A stretch of DNA of 64,000 bases from an uncultured Actinomycetota bacterium (lineage in GTDB: Bacteria; Actinomycetota; Actinomycetes; JAFAQI01), in NCBI GenBank assembly GCA_963789615.1, contig CAWBLI010000005.1, forward strand, positions 1,454,309-1,518,308. The letters run 5' to 3'. The position numbers were made by a program, and so were the translations under genes. Under the pieces are notes generated by a model, which searched no databases, was not told the origin of the DNA, and saw nothing but the letters and a program-made list of their open reading frames with translations. Positions within the stretch are counted from its first letter, which is position 1, and each line of letters opens with the position of its first letter. Below are positions 20,505 through 31,624 of the stretch, piece after piece.

Positions 20505-21704
20505 TCAGACCCGTTCGACGAGCATTGCCAGGCCCTGGCCGACACCGACGCAGAGCGTCGCGAGGCCACGGTCGGAGCCTTCCCGCTGCATCCGGCCGAG
20601 CAGCGTGACGACCAGCCGGGCGCCGGAGCAGCCCAGCGGGTGGCCGAGCGCGATCGCGCCGCCGTCGGCGTTGACGCGGTCGAGGTCGAGCCCGAGCCGC
20701 CGGGCGCACGCCAGCACCTGCACCGCGAACGCCTCGTTGAGCTCGACTGACCCGACGTCGTCGAGCGCCCAGCCGGCGCGGGCCAGCGCCTTCTCCGTGG
20801 CGGGCACCGGACCCAGCCCCATCGTCGACGGCCGGACGCCGGCACTGGCACCGGCGACCACGCGCGCGACGGGGGTGAGGCCGTGACGCGTCACTGCGTC
20901 ACCGCTCGCGAGCACGAGGGCGGCGGCACCGTCCGATAGCGGCGAGGACGATCCCGCGGTCACGACGCCGCCGTCACGGAACACCGTCTTGAGCTTGGCC
21001 AGCCGCTCGAGGCTGGTGTCGGGTCGCGGACCCTCATCGGCACTGACCGTCCCCGCGGCGGTCTCGACCGCGATCAGCTCGGCGTCGAATCGCCCGTCCT
21101 TGGCGGCCGCGACGGCGCGCTCCTGCGACCGCAGCGCGTAGCGGTCGGAGTCCTCCCGGGTGATCCCGTCGAGCGCCGCGACCTCCTCGGCCGTCTCGCC
21201 CATCGGGATCGTCGCCTTGCCCTCGTCGAGCTGCTTCATCCGCGGGTTGGTGAAGCGCCAGCCCAGCGAGGTATCGGAGACCTCACCGGGCCGAGCCCAC
21301 GGCGTACCCGGCTTGGCCATCACCCAGGGCGCTCGGGTCATCGACTCCACGCCCCCCGCGACGACGATGTCGGCCTCACCGGTACGAATCGCCTGGGCGC
21401 CCGCCACGACCGCCTGCAGGCCGCTCGCACACAGCCGGTTGACGGTGTAGCCGGGCACCGAGACCGGCAGGCCGGCGAGCAGCGCCGCCATCCGAGCGAC
21501 GTTGCGGTTGTCCTCACCGGCCTGGTTGGCGGCACCGAGCACCACCTCGTCGACGGCGTCGTCGGGCACACCGGCCCGGTCGATCGCCTCCCGCACGACG
21601 AGCGCGGCCAGGTCGTCGGGACGGACACTGGCGAGGGCTCCGCCGTACCGTCCCATCGGGGTCCGGACAGCGCTGACGAGGTACGCCGATTGATCGCTCA
21701 TCAC
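20505..21704 (-). CDS. acetyl-CoA C-acyltransferase (thiolase)
   Basis: Thiolase N-terminus [10 protein letters not shown], active-site [12 protein letters not shown]-terminal [11 protein letters not shown]. Confidence 0.9.
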   Translation of the reverse strand: MMSDQSAYLVSAVRTPMGRYGGALASVRPDDLAALVVREAIDRAGVPDDAVDEVVLGAANQAGEDNRNVARMAALLAGLPVSVPGYTVNRLCASGLQAVVAGAQAIRTGEADIVVAGGVESMTRAPWVMAKPGTPWARPGEVSDTSLGWRFTNPRMKQLDEGKATIPMGETAEEVAALDGITREDSDRYALRSQERAVAAAKDGRFDAELIAVETAAGTVSADEGPRPDTSLERLAKLKTVFRDGGVVTAGSSSPLSDGAAALVLASGDAVTRHGLTPVARVVAGASAGVRPSTMGLGPVPATEKALARAGWALDDVGSVELNEAFAVQVLACARRLGLDLDRVNADGGAIALGHPLGCSGARLVVTLLGRMQREGSDRGLATLCVGVGQGLAMLVERV

Positions 21705-21723
21705 TTCATTGTGCGGGTTGCGA

Positions 21724-22236
21724 TCAGCGGGGTACGACGAGAGCCGTCGCGATCGCGGCCAGGCCTTCGCCGCGCCCGGTCAGGCCCAGGCCGTCCGTCG
21801 TGGTCGCGGACAGCGAGACCGGGGCGCCGATCGCCGCGGACATCGCGGTCTGTGCGTCGACACGACGGTGCGCGAGCTTCGGGCGTTCGCCGATCAGCTG
21901 GACCGCCACGTTGATGATCGCCCAGCCGTGCGCACCCAGCCGGCGGGCGGTCTCCGCGAGCAGGCTGGCGCCGCTCGCCCCGGCCCAGTGCGGGTCCGCG
22001 GTCCCGAACTCGCTGCCGAGGTCACCGAGACCGGCGGCGGAGAGCAAGGCGTCGCAGACCGAGTGCGCCACGACGTCACCGTCCGAGTGACCGGCGAGCC
22101 CAGGCTCCCCCGGCCAGCCCAGGCAGGCCAGTGCGAGCGGCACCGAGTCGTCGAACGGGTGGACGTCGACACCGATGCCGATCCGCGGCAGGTCAGGCAG
22201 GCCCTCGGTGAGCGGTACGACGTCGTCAGCGCTCAT
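21724..22236 (-). CDS. ispF: 2-C-methyl-D-erythritol 2,4-cyclodiphosphate synthase
   Basis: [11 protein letters not shown]...[25 protein letters not shown] is the IspF signature. Start overlaps the upstream stop (ATGA). Confidence 0.9.
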   Translation of the reverse strand: MSADDVVPLTEGLPDLPRIGIGVDVHPFDDSVPLALACLGWPGEPGLAGHSDGDVVAHSVCDALLSAAGLGDLGSEFGTADPHWAGASGASLLAETARRLGAHGWAIINVAVQLIGERPKLAHRRVDAQTAMSAAIGAPVSLSATTTDGLGLTGRGEGLAAIATALVVPR

Positions 22237-23363
22237 GCACCGGCACCCGACGTCGCGACGGCTCCCGGGGCCCCGGCGATCTGGCCGAAAACGAGCCGGC
22301 CGTTCGCGGTGATGACGACGCTGGTGACGCGCACGGTCACATCTTTGTTGATCAGCCCCCGCGCACGCTCCACAACCACCATGGTGCCGTCATCGAGGTA
22401 CCCGACGCCCTGACCCGCCTCCCGGCCGGGCTTGATCAGCTGGACGACGACGTCCTCACCGACGACGACCGGCGGACGCAGCGCGAGCGAGAGGGAGTGC
22501 AGGTTCAGCACCCGGACGCCGGCGAGCGCCGCGACCTTGGCGAGGTTGGTGTCGAGGGTGAGCAGCGAGTGGTCCTCGTCCAGGCACACCCGGATCAGCT
22601 TGGCGTCCACGTCACGGACCTCGGGGTGCGGGTCGGGGAGGACGTCGAGGTCGATCGGGGGCTCGCGGCGCAGCGCCTCGAGCAGCTCGAGACCACGGCG
22701 GCCGCGGGCCCGCCGGTTCGGCTCGGCGGAGTCAGCCAGGTGCTGCAGCTCCTCGAGGACCGGCTGGATCACCAGCATGGTGCAGTGCAGGAAGCCGGCC
22801 CGTACGACGTCGAGCACCCGAGCGTCGACGGCGACGGACGTGTCGACGATGACGGCGATCGGGGGCGGCCGGCGCGGCGTGACGCCGGAGCCCCGACCGA
22901 ACAGCGCGAGCATCCCGTCACGCTTCGCGGCACCCACCCGGAAGCCGAAGTAGCCCAGCAGCAGGACGAGGATCGCGAAGATGGGCAACGCGATGATCGG
23001 GTTCGGGATGAGGAAGAACGGCCACCCCAGACCGGCTCCGACGACGACGCCGGCGACGGCTCCGAACCCGCCGGCGACCAGGGTGTCGGCGGACACGTCC
23101 CGCAGCGCGACCACGGTCCGGTCGGCGGTGGCGGCTGCGCTGCGGCCGAACATCCCGCCGAGGACGTAGCCGAGCCCGCTGCCGACGATGACGCCGAGGG
23201 CGGTGCCGCCGAGCGCTCCCAGCACCCGCTGATCCCCGTGCTGCGCCGAGGCGTGTCCGAGCTGGAATCCGACCTCAGCGAAGAACAGGACCGTCAGCAG
23301 GCGGAGCAGCTCGATGACGCCACGAGGCGCGCGACCCTTGCCTGTCGAGCGCGAGGGGGTCAT
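22233..23363 (-). CDS. YacL-like membrane protein with PIN and TRAM domains
   Basis: N-terminal TM helices, central PIN-like fold ([17 protein letters not shown]...), C-terminal TRAM-like beta domain. Occupies the yacL position of the Bacillus yacL-ispD-ispF locus. Confidence 0.7.
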   Translation of the reverse strand: MTPSRSTGKGRAPRGVIELLRLLTVLFFAEVGFQLGHASAQHGDQRVLGALGGTALGVIVGSGLGYVLGGMFGRSAAATADRTVVALRDVSADTLVAGGFGAVAGVVVGAGLGWPFFLIPNPIIALPIFAILVLLLGYFGFRVGAAKRDGMLALFGRGSGVTPRRPPPIAVIVDTSVAVDARVLDVVRAGFLHCTMLVIQPVLEELQHLADSAEPNRRARGRRGLELLEALRREPPIDLDVLPDPHPEVRDVDAKLIRVCLDEDHSLLTLDTNLAKVAALAGVRVLNLHSLSLALRPPVVVGEDVVVQLIKPGREAGQGVGYLDDGTMVVVERARGLINKDVTVRVTSVVITANGRLVFGQIAGAPGAVATSGAGA

Positions 23364-23395
23364 CCGCGAATAGTCGGCATGACCGGCTGGGAACT

Positions 23396-23878
23396 TCAGG
23401 CGCCGAGAACCTCGTCGAGCAGCACCTCGGCCTTGTCCTCGTTGGTGCCCTCGGCCAGGGCGAGCTCGCTCACGAGAATCTGCCGTGCCTTGGCCAGCAT
23501 CCGCTTCTCGCCGGCGGACAGGCCGCGCTCACGGTCGCGACGCCACAGGTCGCGGACGACCTCGGAGACCTTGTTGACGTCTCCGGACGCGATCTTCTCG
23601 ACGTTGGCCTTGTACCGGCGGGACCAGTTGGTCGGCTCTTCGGTGTGCGGGGCGCGCAGGATGTCGAAAACCCGCTCGAGGCCGTCGGCCCCGACGACGT
23701 CACGAACACCGACGTACTCAGCGTTGTCGGCGGGCACACGCACGGTCAGATCACCCTGGGCGACCTTCAACACCAGGTAGGCCTTTTCGACGCCTTTGAT
23801 AGTGCGGGTCTCGATGGCCTCGATGAGCGCGGCCCCATGGTGCGGGTAGACCACCGTCTCGCCAACCGTGAACGTCAT
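23396..23878 (-). CDS. carD: CarD-family RNA polymerase-binding transcription regulator
   Basis: [29 protein letters not shown]... N-terminal Tudor-like RNAP-interaction domain plus C-terminal helical domain. Confidence 0.9.
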   Translation of the reverse strand: MTFTVGETVVYPHHGAALIEAIETRTIKGVEKAYLVLKVAQGDLTVRVPADNAEYVGVRDVVGADGLERVFDILRAPHTEEPTNWSRRYKANVEKIASGDVNKVSEVVRDLWRRDRERGLSAGEKRMLAKARQILVSELALAEGTNEDKAEVLLDEVLGA

Positions 23879-24062
23879 GCGCGTTTTTCCCCTTCCGATC
23901 CACCCATCCTACCACGCACCCCCGATCCAACGATCGACGAGCCGGGCGCAAAACCGCAGGTCAGAGCCATTTTAGCCGTCTCGTTGGGCCTTGACAGGAC
24001 GCGTCCGGCGTGCTTGTCAGACAACGGTTTCGATCCGCGCCGGATCGGCGCATACTGACGGT

Positions 24063-24821
24063 ATGCCGGACGACGACGACCGTCCGAGCGACGCTTCGAG
24101 CGCCGCGGACCCTTCCTGGGCCGAAGTGACCGTTCCGGACACCATCGCCGAGCTCGTCGCAGACATCGAGGCCTACCACCGAGAGGTACGCCGAGACCGT
24201 CGCCGGGCCCGCCGGCAGCGGCTGATGTCACGCCCCGGCGTCCTGCCGCTGTCCATCGTCTCGGTCGCCCTGGTGCTCGCCGGCATCGTTGCGACCTTGC
24301 TCACCGTGCTGGCACCGTCACGGAGCAACACCACCGTCACCTCGCTCCCGCTCGCCACCGGGACCACTGCCCCGCCGGGCGACAAGGGCGGCTTGCTGCC
24401 CCGGGTGACGCTCGCGGCCGAAGAGGGGCAGACCGTGCTGTCGACCGCGCTGCGACCATCGGTCGTAGCTCTCGTGCCGGTGGGCTGTAGCCAAGCGATC
24501 GACTGTGACGCGGTGCTCAATCAGCTGGCCGGACAGGCCGACGAGGTCGGCTACCCGCTCGACACCGTCGTCCCCTCGATGCCCGAGGCCGGACCCATCA
24601 AGACGGCACTGACGACCGGCAAGCCGCGGGTCCTGGTCGACACGCATACCCCCGCTCACCCGGCCCAGTCGCTCTACACGCTGTCGAACGCCAAGGGCCT
24701 CACCGTCCTGCTGATCGGGCGCAACGGCGTGATCGCCGACCGGTTCACCGATGTCACCGGCGCGATCCCGTCGATCAACGGCGAGCTCGTCGACATGAGC
24801 CAGCCGCGGGCCAGTCGCTGA
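24063..24821 (+). CDS. hypothetical single-pass membrane protein
   Basis: Acidic N-terminus MPDDDDRPSD, Arg-rich stop-transfer, TM helix VLPLSIVSVALVLAGIVATLLTVLA, extracytoplasmic domain. No family recognised. Confidence 0.4.
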   Translation: MPDDDDRPSDASSAADPSWAEVTVPDTIAELVADIEAYHREVRRDRRRARRQRLMSRPGVLPLSIVSVALVLAGIVATLLTVLAPSRSNTTVTSLPLATGTTAPPGDKGGLLPRVTLAAEEGQTVLSTALRPSVVALVPVGCSQAIDCDAVLNQLAGQADEVGYPLDTVVPSMPEAGPIKTALTTGKPRVLVDTHTPAHPAQSLYTLSNAKGLTVLLIGRNGVIADRFTDVTGAIPSINGELVDMSQPRASR

Positions 24822-24827
24822 GCCTGG

Positions 24828-25664
24828 TTGTCGACCTCGTCGTTGCTCGGCCTGGTCCGGGCCACCCATCCGCTGCCGGCCGTCGCCGTCACCGCGTTCT
24901 TCAGCGCGACGGCACTCGCCGCCGGGCTGGGCGGCGGCCGGACCGTGCTGCTCGCGGCCGCCGTGCTCTGTGGCCAGCTGTCGGTCGGCTGGGCCAACGA
25001 CGCGATCGACGCACCGCTGGACATCCGGGCTGCCCGACCCGACAAGCCGATCGCGACGGGTCAGGTCTCGCGGCGGGCGGTCACGGTGGCAGCCGGGATC
25101 GCGCTGGTCGCTGACGTCCCGCTCTCGCTGGCGCTGGGCTGGCGGGCCGGCGTTGCGCACCTGGTGGCCGTCGCCTCCGCCTGGTCCTACGACCTGGGCC
25201 TGAAACGGACCGTGTTCAGTGTCGTCCCGTACGCCGTGTCCTTCGGACTGGTGCCGGTCATCGTGGCGGCGACGTTGCCCGGTTCGCCCCGCGCCCAGTC
25301 CGCGCTGATCGGGGCCGGCGTCGCGTGTGGGATCGCCGCCCACTTCGCGAACACCGTCGGCGATACCGAGGAAGACGCGCTGACCGGGGTCCGTGGCCTG
25401 CCGCAACGGATCGGGCCGCGGCGCTCGACCCTGGTGGCGGGAGGGATGGTCGTGGTTGCCGGCGTACTCGTCCTGATCGCGGTGGGTGCCCGGCCGCTGC
25501 CGATCGCGGCGCTCGCCGTCGACGTGGTGCTCGCGGCCGCGCTGCCGGCCGCGCTGCGAGTGCCGGGATCCCGCCGGCTGGCGTTCCGGCTGGTCCTCGT
25601 CGCGGTAGCCGTGCTGGTGGTGACGTTCGTCGTGGCGGGTGGCTCCCACCTCACCGCGGCCTAG
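24828..25664 (+). CDS. UbiA-family prenyltransferase
   Basis: Polytopic membrane protein with the Asp-rich NDAID motif (GWANDAIDAPLD) typical of UbiA/DPPR synthase family. Confidence 0.7.
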   Translation: MSTSSLLGLVRATHPLPAVAVTAFFSATALAAGLGGGRTVLLAAAVLCGQLSVGWANDAIDAPLDIRAARPDKPIATGQVSRRAVTVAAGIALVADVPLSLALGWRAGVAHLVAVASAWSYDLGLKRTVFSVVPYAVSFGLVPVIVAATLPGSPRAQSALIGAGVACGIAAHFANTVGDTEEDALTGVRGLPQRIGPRRSTLVAGGMVVVAGVLVLIAVGARPLPIAALAVDVVLAAALPAALRVPGSRRLAFRLVLVAVAVLVVTFVVAGGSHLTAA

Positions 25665-25730
25665 TACCCGCTCGCTACGCTGACCCGACCGATCCCCGCC
25701 GCCGAGCCGGCGACCGCCGAGGAGAGACCC

Positions 25731-26330
25731 GTGATCAAGCGCCGCGCCCTGATCGGCGTCGTTCTCGTCGCCGCGATCCCGGTGCTGTCCGGCTGCGGCC
25801 TCGAAGTAAAGGACGAGACGAGCAAGGAGTCGAGCCCGGTCCAGGCGAGGGACGTGTCCATCGGCGCGATCGACGTGCGCAACGCGTTCATCACCTACGA
25901 CACCTTGCCGGCCCCGAATCCGAACGCTGAGGAGCCGCTGCCGGTCGCCTCCGGCTCCGGTGGGTATCTCGTCGTCACGTTGGTCAACAACGGCGTCAAG
26001 CAGGACGCGCTGACGGGCGTTTCCTCGCCCCTCGGCACGATCACCCCCACCGGCGGATCTCTCGTCCGCCTGTTGCCGGGCATCCCCGTCGCCTTCGGTT
26101 CGCCCGGGACCGGCAGCGCTGGTCCCTACCTGAACATCGCGTCCGCCAACCCGGCCGCGGACGGGACGAACATCCCGGTTCGGTTCACCTTCGCGAACGC
26201 GGGCAGCCTGACCGTGCCGGTGCCGGTGGTCGAGACCGAGAACAACTCGACCCATCTGACCTACCCGCTGCCGACGCCGACGTCGACCGAGACGCTGCCG
26301 TCGGAGGGCCTGCAGCCCGCGCCTGACTGA
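25731..26330 (+). CDS. hypothetical lipoprotein
   Basis: Signal peptide plus lipobox VLSGC. Ser/Thr/Pro-rich mature region. Confidence 0.55.
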   Translation: MIKRRALIGVVLVAAIPVLSGCGLEVKDETSKESSPVQARDVSIGAIDVRNAFITYDTLPAPNPNAEEPLPVASGSGGYLVVTLVNNGVKQDALTGVSSPLGTITPTGGSLVRLLPGIPVAFGSPGTGSAGPYLNIASANPAADGTNIPVRFTFANAGSLTVPVPVVETENNSTHLTYPLPTPTSTETLPSEGLQPAPD

Positions 26331-26339
26331 TCCGGCGCG

Positions 26340-27090
26340 TCAGCGTCCCTGGTTCTTCACCGCGTCGATCGCGTCGGCTGCCGCCGCCGGGTCAAGGTAG
26401 GTCCCACCCTGGCTCACCGGACGTAGGTCGCCGTCGAGGTCGTAGCGCAGCGGGATCCCGGTCGGGATGTTGAGGCCCACGATGGTGTCCTCGTCGATGC
26501 CGTCGAGGTGTTTGACGAGCGCCCGCAGCGAGTTGCCGTGAGCGACGACGAGGACGGTCGCGCCGGAGCGCAGGTCCGGAACGATCGCGTCGTACCAGTA
26601 GGGCAGCAGCCGCTCGACCACGTCGGCGAGGCACTCGGTGCGGGGGACGATCTCGGGGGCTAGGGCCGCGTAACGCGCGTCGCGGGCTTGGGAGTACTGC
26701 GAGTCGTCGGCGATCGGCGGCGGCGGGGTGTCGTAGGAGCGACGCCAGGCCATGAACTGCTCGTCGCCGTACTGCTCGCGGATCGCGGCCTTGTCCTTGC
26801 CCTGCAGGTCGCCGTAGTGCCGCTCGTTGAGGCGCCAGGACCGGCGTACCGGGATCCAGTGCCGGTCCGCGACCGTCGAGCGCCGGTTGCGCCGTGTCGA
26901 TCGCCCGGCGCAGCAGCGAGGTGTGGAGCAGGTCAGGCAGCAGCGCGTGCTCGGCGAGCAGCTCGCCGGCCCGGCGCGCCTCAGCCCGGCCGGTGTCGGT
27001 GAGGCCGACGTCGACCCAGCCGGTGAACTGGTTGGTGGCGTTCCACTCGCTCTGGCCATGGCGCAGCAGCAACAACGTGCCGACGGTCAT
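26340..27090 (-). pseudogene. gpmA: 2,3-bisphosphoglycerate-dependent phosphoglycerate mutase; frameshift at about 26865
   Basis: N-terminus [23 protein letters not shown] (catalytic RHG) is in ORF 26392-27090. Remainder ...[23 protein letters not shown]...[13 protein letters not shown] is in ORF 26340-27059. Junction is the gacggtcg G-run. Confidence 0.8.
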
Positions 27091-27113
27091 GCCTCGACAT
27101 CCTGCCGGTCCGA

Positions 27114-27170
27114 CTTGTCAGGGTCTACGGCCCCCCTGCCCGCGTAGCCGCCCTGACAAGTGGTCAGGGC
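27114..27170. repeat. family X palindromic repeat (copy 3)
   Basis: CTTGTCAGGGTCTACGGCCCCCCTGCCCGCGTAGCCGCCCTGACAAGTGGTCAGGGCC. Shares TGTCAGG...CTGACAAGT(C)GGTCAGSGG with copies 1 and 2. Confidence 0.5.
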
Positions 27171-27680
27171 CGATTCGCGGGGTCGGCGAAGCGGGCGAAC
27201 GCAGCGAGGTTGGCCAGCGACTCACCCCGGCTCACCCGCCAGTCCCACTCCCGCTCGATCGAGGAGCGGAAGCCGATCTCGAGCGCGACGTCGAACCAGT
27301 CGTCGGCGTAGGTCAGCACGCTGCCGAGCAGTCGGTCCAGCTCGTCGGGCTCGACCGAGGACAGCGGAAGCCGGCCGACCAGGTACACGTCACCGAGGTG
27401 GTCGACCGAGAACGAGACGCCGTACATCCGGGCGTTGCGCTGCAGCAGCCAGCGGTAGAACGCCTCTTGGTTCTCATCCGGCCGGCGGCAGAAGAACGCC
27501 TCGATGTGCAGCGAATGGTCGCCGATCACGAACCACGTGACCGTCGCAAGCTTCCGTACTCCGGGAAGCCGGACCACGAACGAGCCGGCGGTGGGCTCCT
27601 CGAACTCCAGCTCGCGCTCGACCAGGGTCTGCCGTAGTACGTCGGCGAGAGCGGGTGTGGAGGCCTCGCTCACAGTGTGT
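27164..27680 (-). CDS. YbjN-domain protein (Rv0487-like)
   Basis: ...FVVRLPGVRKLATVTWFVIGDHSLHIEAFF...YGVSFSVDHLGDVYLVGRLP fits the YbjN putative-sensory-transduction fold. Conserved partner of mshA. Confidence 0.65.
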
Positions 27681-28934
27681 TCACAGGGCCTGGTAGACCT
27701 CGACGAGCCGCGACGCGGTCGCAAACCAGCCGAACTCCCGGGCGTGCTCGACGCCGCCAGCCGCCATCGCGTCCCGACGTTGCGGATCGTCGAGCAGGCT
27801 GCCGAGCGCACGCGCCCACGTCGTCGGGTTGTGGTCGTCGATCAGCAGACCCGAGACCCCGTCGCGCACCGCGGTCCGCAGCCCGCCCACCCCGGCCGCG
27901 ACGACCGGCGTCCCGCAGGCCTGCGACTCCACCGCCACCAACCCGAAGGACTCGGTGTACGACGGCACCAGCGTGAGGTCAGCCGCGCGGTAGTAGTCGG
28001 CCAGCTCGGGTTGCGGCACCGGCCGTTCGAAGCGGACCACATCGGCGATGCCGAGCGACCCGGCGAGCTTGTGCAGGTGCTCGGGCTGCGCCAGCCCGGA
28101 CCCGGACGGCCCGCCGACCACCGCGACCACGAGCCGGTCCCGGATCGAGGGGTCGGCTGCCAGCAGCTCGGCGGTCGCGCTCAGCACCACGTCGGGCGCC
28201 TTGAGCGCCTGGATCCGGCCGACGAACAGCAGCATCACGGCGTCGTCGGCGACCCCGAGGCGGCGCCGGGCGAGCGCGCGCGGGCCGGGGGCGAACACAC
28301 CCAGGTCGACACCGGGCGCAATCGTCGCCACCCGCGCCGGGTCCGCGTCGTACAGGTCAGCGAGCTGCGTGGCCTCGTCGGAGGTCGACGCGACCAGCCG
28401 GTCGGCCGCCTCGACCACCTGCGCCTCACCGATCGCCCGCAGCGCCGGCTCCGGGCAGTCGCCGTCGGCCAGCGCGGCGTTCTTCACCCGGGCCATGGTG
28501 TGCATGGTGTGGACCAGCGGGACGCCCCAGCGCTCCTTGGCCAGCCAGCCGACCTGCCCGGACAGCCAGTAGTGCGAGTGCACCAGGTCGAACCAGCCGG
28601 GCTCGTGGGCGGCCTCCTCGCGGAGCACGCCGCTGGTGAACGCGCACAGCTGGGCCGGCAGGTCGTTCTTGTCCAGCCCCTCGTACGGCCCCGCGGTGAT
28701 GTGGCGGACCGAGACGCCGGGGACCAGCTCCACCCGTGGCGGGAGGTCGCTGCAGGTGGCGCGGGTGAAGATCTCCACCTCGATGCCCATCCCGGCGAGC
28801 TGCTTGGACACCTCGCTGATGTAGACGTTCATCCCGCCCGCGTCGCCGCCGCCGGGCTGGTCGAGAGGGGACGTGTGCACCGACAGCGTCGCGATCCGCC
28901 GCGGCAGCCTCATGACACCATCCTGCCGGATCAC
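27681..28934 (-). CDS. mshA: D-inositol-3-phosphate glycosyltransferase (mycothiol biosynthesis)
   Basis: GT4 fold with the MshA N-terminal signature [29 protein letters not shown] and C-terminal [19 protein letters not shown]. Confidence 0.9.
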   Translation of the reverse strand: MIRQDGVMRLPRRIATLSVHTSPLDQPGGGDAGGMNVYISEVSKQLAGMGIEVEIFTRATCSDLPPRVELVPGVSVRHITAGPYEGLDKNDLPAQLCAFTSGVLREEAAHEPGWFDLVHSHYWLSGQVGWLAKERWGVPLVHTMHTMARVKNAALADGDCPEPALRAIGEAQVVEAADRLVASTSDEATQLADLYDADPARVATIAPGVDLGVFAPGPRALARRRLGVADDAVMLLFVGRIQALKAPDVVLSATAELLAADPSIRDRLVVAVVGGPSGSGLAQPEHLHKLAGSLGIADVVRFERPVPQPELADYYRAADLTLVPSYTESFGLVAVESQACGTPVVAAGVGGLRTAVRDGVSGLLIDDHNPTTWARALGSLLDDPQRRDAMAAGGVEHAREFGWFATASRLVEVYQAL

Positions 28935-28972
28935 CCGGCCTCCCTGCCAGCTCGCCTCGTAGTCTCTCCCCG

Positions 28973-29720
28973 GTGAGCAGAGGAACCGCCGTCGTCACGG
29001 GCGCCAGCAGCGGCATCGGAGCCGCCACCGCGCGACGCCTGGTGAGCGAGGGGTACGACGTCATTGCGGCTGCCCGCCGAGCCGACCGGCTCACCGCGCT
29101 GGCCGATGAGATCGGCTGCGGCGCGGTCGTGCTCGACGTCACCGACGAGAGCTCGGTGCGGGAGCTCGCGGGTGCGGTCACTGACTGCCATGTCCTGGTC
29201 AACAACGCCGGCGGCGCGTTCGGTCTCGACCCGGTGTCCGAGGCCAAGGACGACGACTGGCAGCGGATGTGGGACGTCAACGTGATGGGCACGATGCGGG
29301 TGACCCGCGCGCTGCTTCCCCAGCTCGAGGCCAGCGGCGACGGCGTGATCGTCAACCTCACCTCGACCGCGGGGTACGTCGCCTACGAGGGCGGCGGCGG
29401 GTACGTCGCCGTGAAGCACGCGGAGGTCGGCGATGACCCGGACGCTCCGGCTGGAGCTGCTGGGCAAGCCGATCCGGGTCGTCGAGGTCGCGCCCGGCAT
29501 GGTGGAGACCGAGGAGTTCACCCTCAACCGGCTGGGTGGTGACCGGGAGAAGGCGGCGGCGACGTACGCCGGTGTGCCCGGCCCGCTGTCGGCCGACGAC
29601 ATCGCGGACTGCATCGCCTGGGCCGTCACCCGGCCGTGGAACGTCAACATCGACCAGATCGTGGTCCGGCCGCGAGCCCAGGCGGCCCAGCACCGGGTCT
29701 ACCGGGAGGACCCGACATGA
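28973..29720 (+). pseudogene. short-chain dehydrogenase/reductase; frameshift at about 29428
   Basis: TGASSGIG Rossmann motif and NNAG. Catalytic region reads to ...YVAVKHAEV, then continues in another frame as MTRTLRLELLGKPIRVVEVAPGMVETE. Extra G in gaggtcggcgatg. Confidence 0.7.
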
Positions 29721-30447
29721 CGACACCGGCGTACTCCGAGCTCATCGCGGCGGTCCGCGGCGAGGGTGAGGGGATCATCGCCGCCGCCCGGCTCGGCCTC
29801 GATGCACCCGTCACCACCTGCCCCGGCTGGGACGTGGGGCGGCTGGTCCGGCACGTCAGCCGCGTCTACCAGACGGCGGAGCACGTCGTCGCGCATCGCC
29901 TCACGCAGGAGCCGGCGGAGTGGCCGGACCGGCCGAGGGCGACCCGATCGAGGTGCTCGGATCGTTGCTCGACGAGGTGGTCACGGCGCTGCGGGACGCC
30001 GACCCGGACACCGCGGTGTGGAACTGGTCGACGGTCGCCGAGCCGGTCGCCGGGTTCTGGGCGCGCCGGATGGCGCACGAGTCGTCGATCCACCGCTTCG
30101 ACGCGCAGATCGCCCACGCCATGCCGCAGCCGATCGACGCCGAGCTGGCGGCCGACGGCCTCGACGAGCTCATCGACGTACTGTCGCCGCGGATCTACTC
30201 CCGTGCGGGTGGCGGCGGTCCGGAGGGTTCCGTGCAGCTCCAGTCCTCCGACGACGGCGCGTGGTGCCTCGGGCTCGAATCCGACGCGGTGCAGCGGCTG
30301 GATGTCGTCAGGGAGCCGGACGCGAGTGCCAGTGGTACGTCGAGCACCTTGCTGCTGGCCGCCTATGGCCGGGTGCCGTGGACATCGCTGACGGTCGAGG
30401 GTGACATCGGCCTGCTCGAGCGATGGTCCGCCACCATGCAGTTCTGA
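29717..30447 (+). pseudogene. mycothiol-dependent maleylpyruvate isomerase family (MDMPI/DinB-like, TIGR03083) protein; frameshift at about 29925
   Basis: N-terminus AARLGLDAPVTTCPGWDVGRLVRHVSRVYQTAEHV is the metal-binding MDMPI N-domain. C-terminal domain continues in another frame (GPAEGDPIEVLGSLLDEVV...). One G is missing in gagtggccgga. Confidence 0.6.
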
Positions 30448-30466
30448 CGTCAGCGCAGTTCTGACG

Positions 30467-31624
30467 TCAGCGCGTCGCCGCGAGCAACGGCACCAGCAGT
30501 TCCCGGTCGGTGAGCGAGCCGTGATGGCCCGGCAACGACGACAGCCGTGACTCGCGTCGGCGTTGCACGACGCCGAGCTCGCCCCGCGACATCGCGAGGA
30601 CGTCACCGATCCGGCGCCGCGCCGTCGGCGTCACGATCGGTCCGAACAGCCCGGCCGCGATGGCGTCGTCGCGGGCTAGGACCCAGGCCCGCTCGCCGAG
30701 CAGCTCGGTCCAGATCGCCAGAACGTCAGCAGCAGCACCGGGTTCGCAGTGCACGTGGCGCATCCGGGGCTCGCCGGCCAGCGCGACCACGCCATTGCGA
30801 AGCGGGGAATCCGGCTCATCTGCGTCGATGGTCGCGTCGGCCGGCATGTCCGCCATGCCGTGGTCCGACGTGACGAACAACGTCGTCCCGGCCGGCAACC
30901 GAGCGGCGAGCAGCTCGACGTGGCGGTCGACCAGGCTGAGCTGGGCGTCCCAAGCGTCCGTGCTCGCGCCCCGGACATGCCCGACGAAGTCGAGCTCGGA
31001 GATGTAGGCGTACACCAGCGAACGGTGGCCACGGTCGGCGACGGAGGCCGCTATCGCGATCGCGTCGCCGGCGGTCGCGCAGCCGTAGTAGCGACCGCCG
31101 CGGAACGCCGCCCGGGTCAGCCCGGTGCCCTCGAAGGCGCGGGAGTTCGCGATGCTCACGCTGACGCCGGCGTCCGCGGCCTGCTCCCACATCGTGGGCA
31201 GCGGCTGCACCACCTCCGGGACCAGCCGGTCGCGCAGATCGTCCTTGCGCCCGACCGGCTGCCAGGCCAGCCAGTTCACGACGTTGCCCGACTCCTCGTC
31301 GTACGACGTGTAGCCGGTGATGCCGTGCTGCCCGGCGGGCACGCCAGTCGACAACGACGCCATCGAGGTGGCGGTCGTCGTCGGGAAGCCGACGGTCAGC
31401 TCGGTGCACGCCATTGATGACAGGTACGGCGCGGCGGCGGCGTGCTCGCGCATCGACAGCAGGCCGAGACCATCGACGAGCAGGACAACCGCCCGCTGGG
31501 TGGGGGCGAGCCCGAGCCGGTTCTCGCCGCCGGCGTCCATCGCGGCGAGCACCGACGGCACCACGTCGGAGATCGACGCCTCGCCGTAGCGCGGGACCGG
31601 GAACGGGGGCGTCACTGCGGTAGC
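30467..31624 (-). CDS. alkaline phosphatase/nucleotide pyrophosphatase (AlkP-core) family protein
   Basis: ...VVLLVDGLGLLSM...GFPTTTATSMASLSTG...SDHGMADMP is the type-I phosphodiesterase/nucleotide pyrophosphatase metal-site pattern. Confidence 0.65.
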   Translation of the reverse strand, partial: ATAVTPPFPVPRYGEASISDVVPSVLAAMDAGGENRLGLAPTQRAVVLLVDGLGLLSMREHAAAAPYLSSMACTELTVGFPTTTATSMASLSTGVPAGQHGITGYTSYDEESGNVVNWLAWQPVGRKDDLRDRLVPEVVQPLPTMWEQAADAGVSVSIANSRAFEGTGLTRAAFRGGRYYGCATAGDAIAIAASVADRGHRSLVYAYISELDFVGHVRGASTDAWDAQLSLVDRHVELLAARLPAGTTLFVTSDHGMADMPADATIDADEPDSPLRNGVVALAGEPRMRHVHCEPGAAADVLAIWTELLGERAWVLARDDAIAAGLFGPIVTPTARRRIGDVLAMSRGELGVVQRRRESRLSSLPGHHGSLTDRELLVPLLAATR

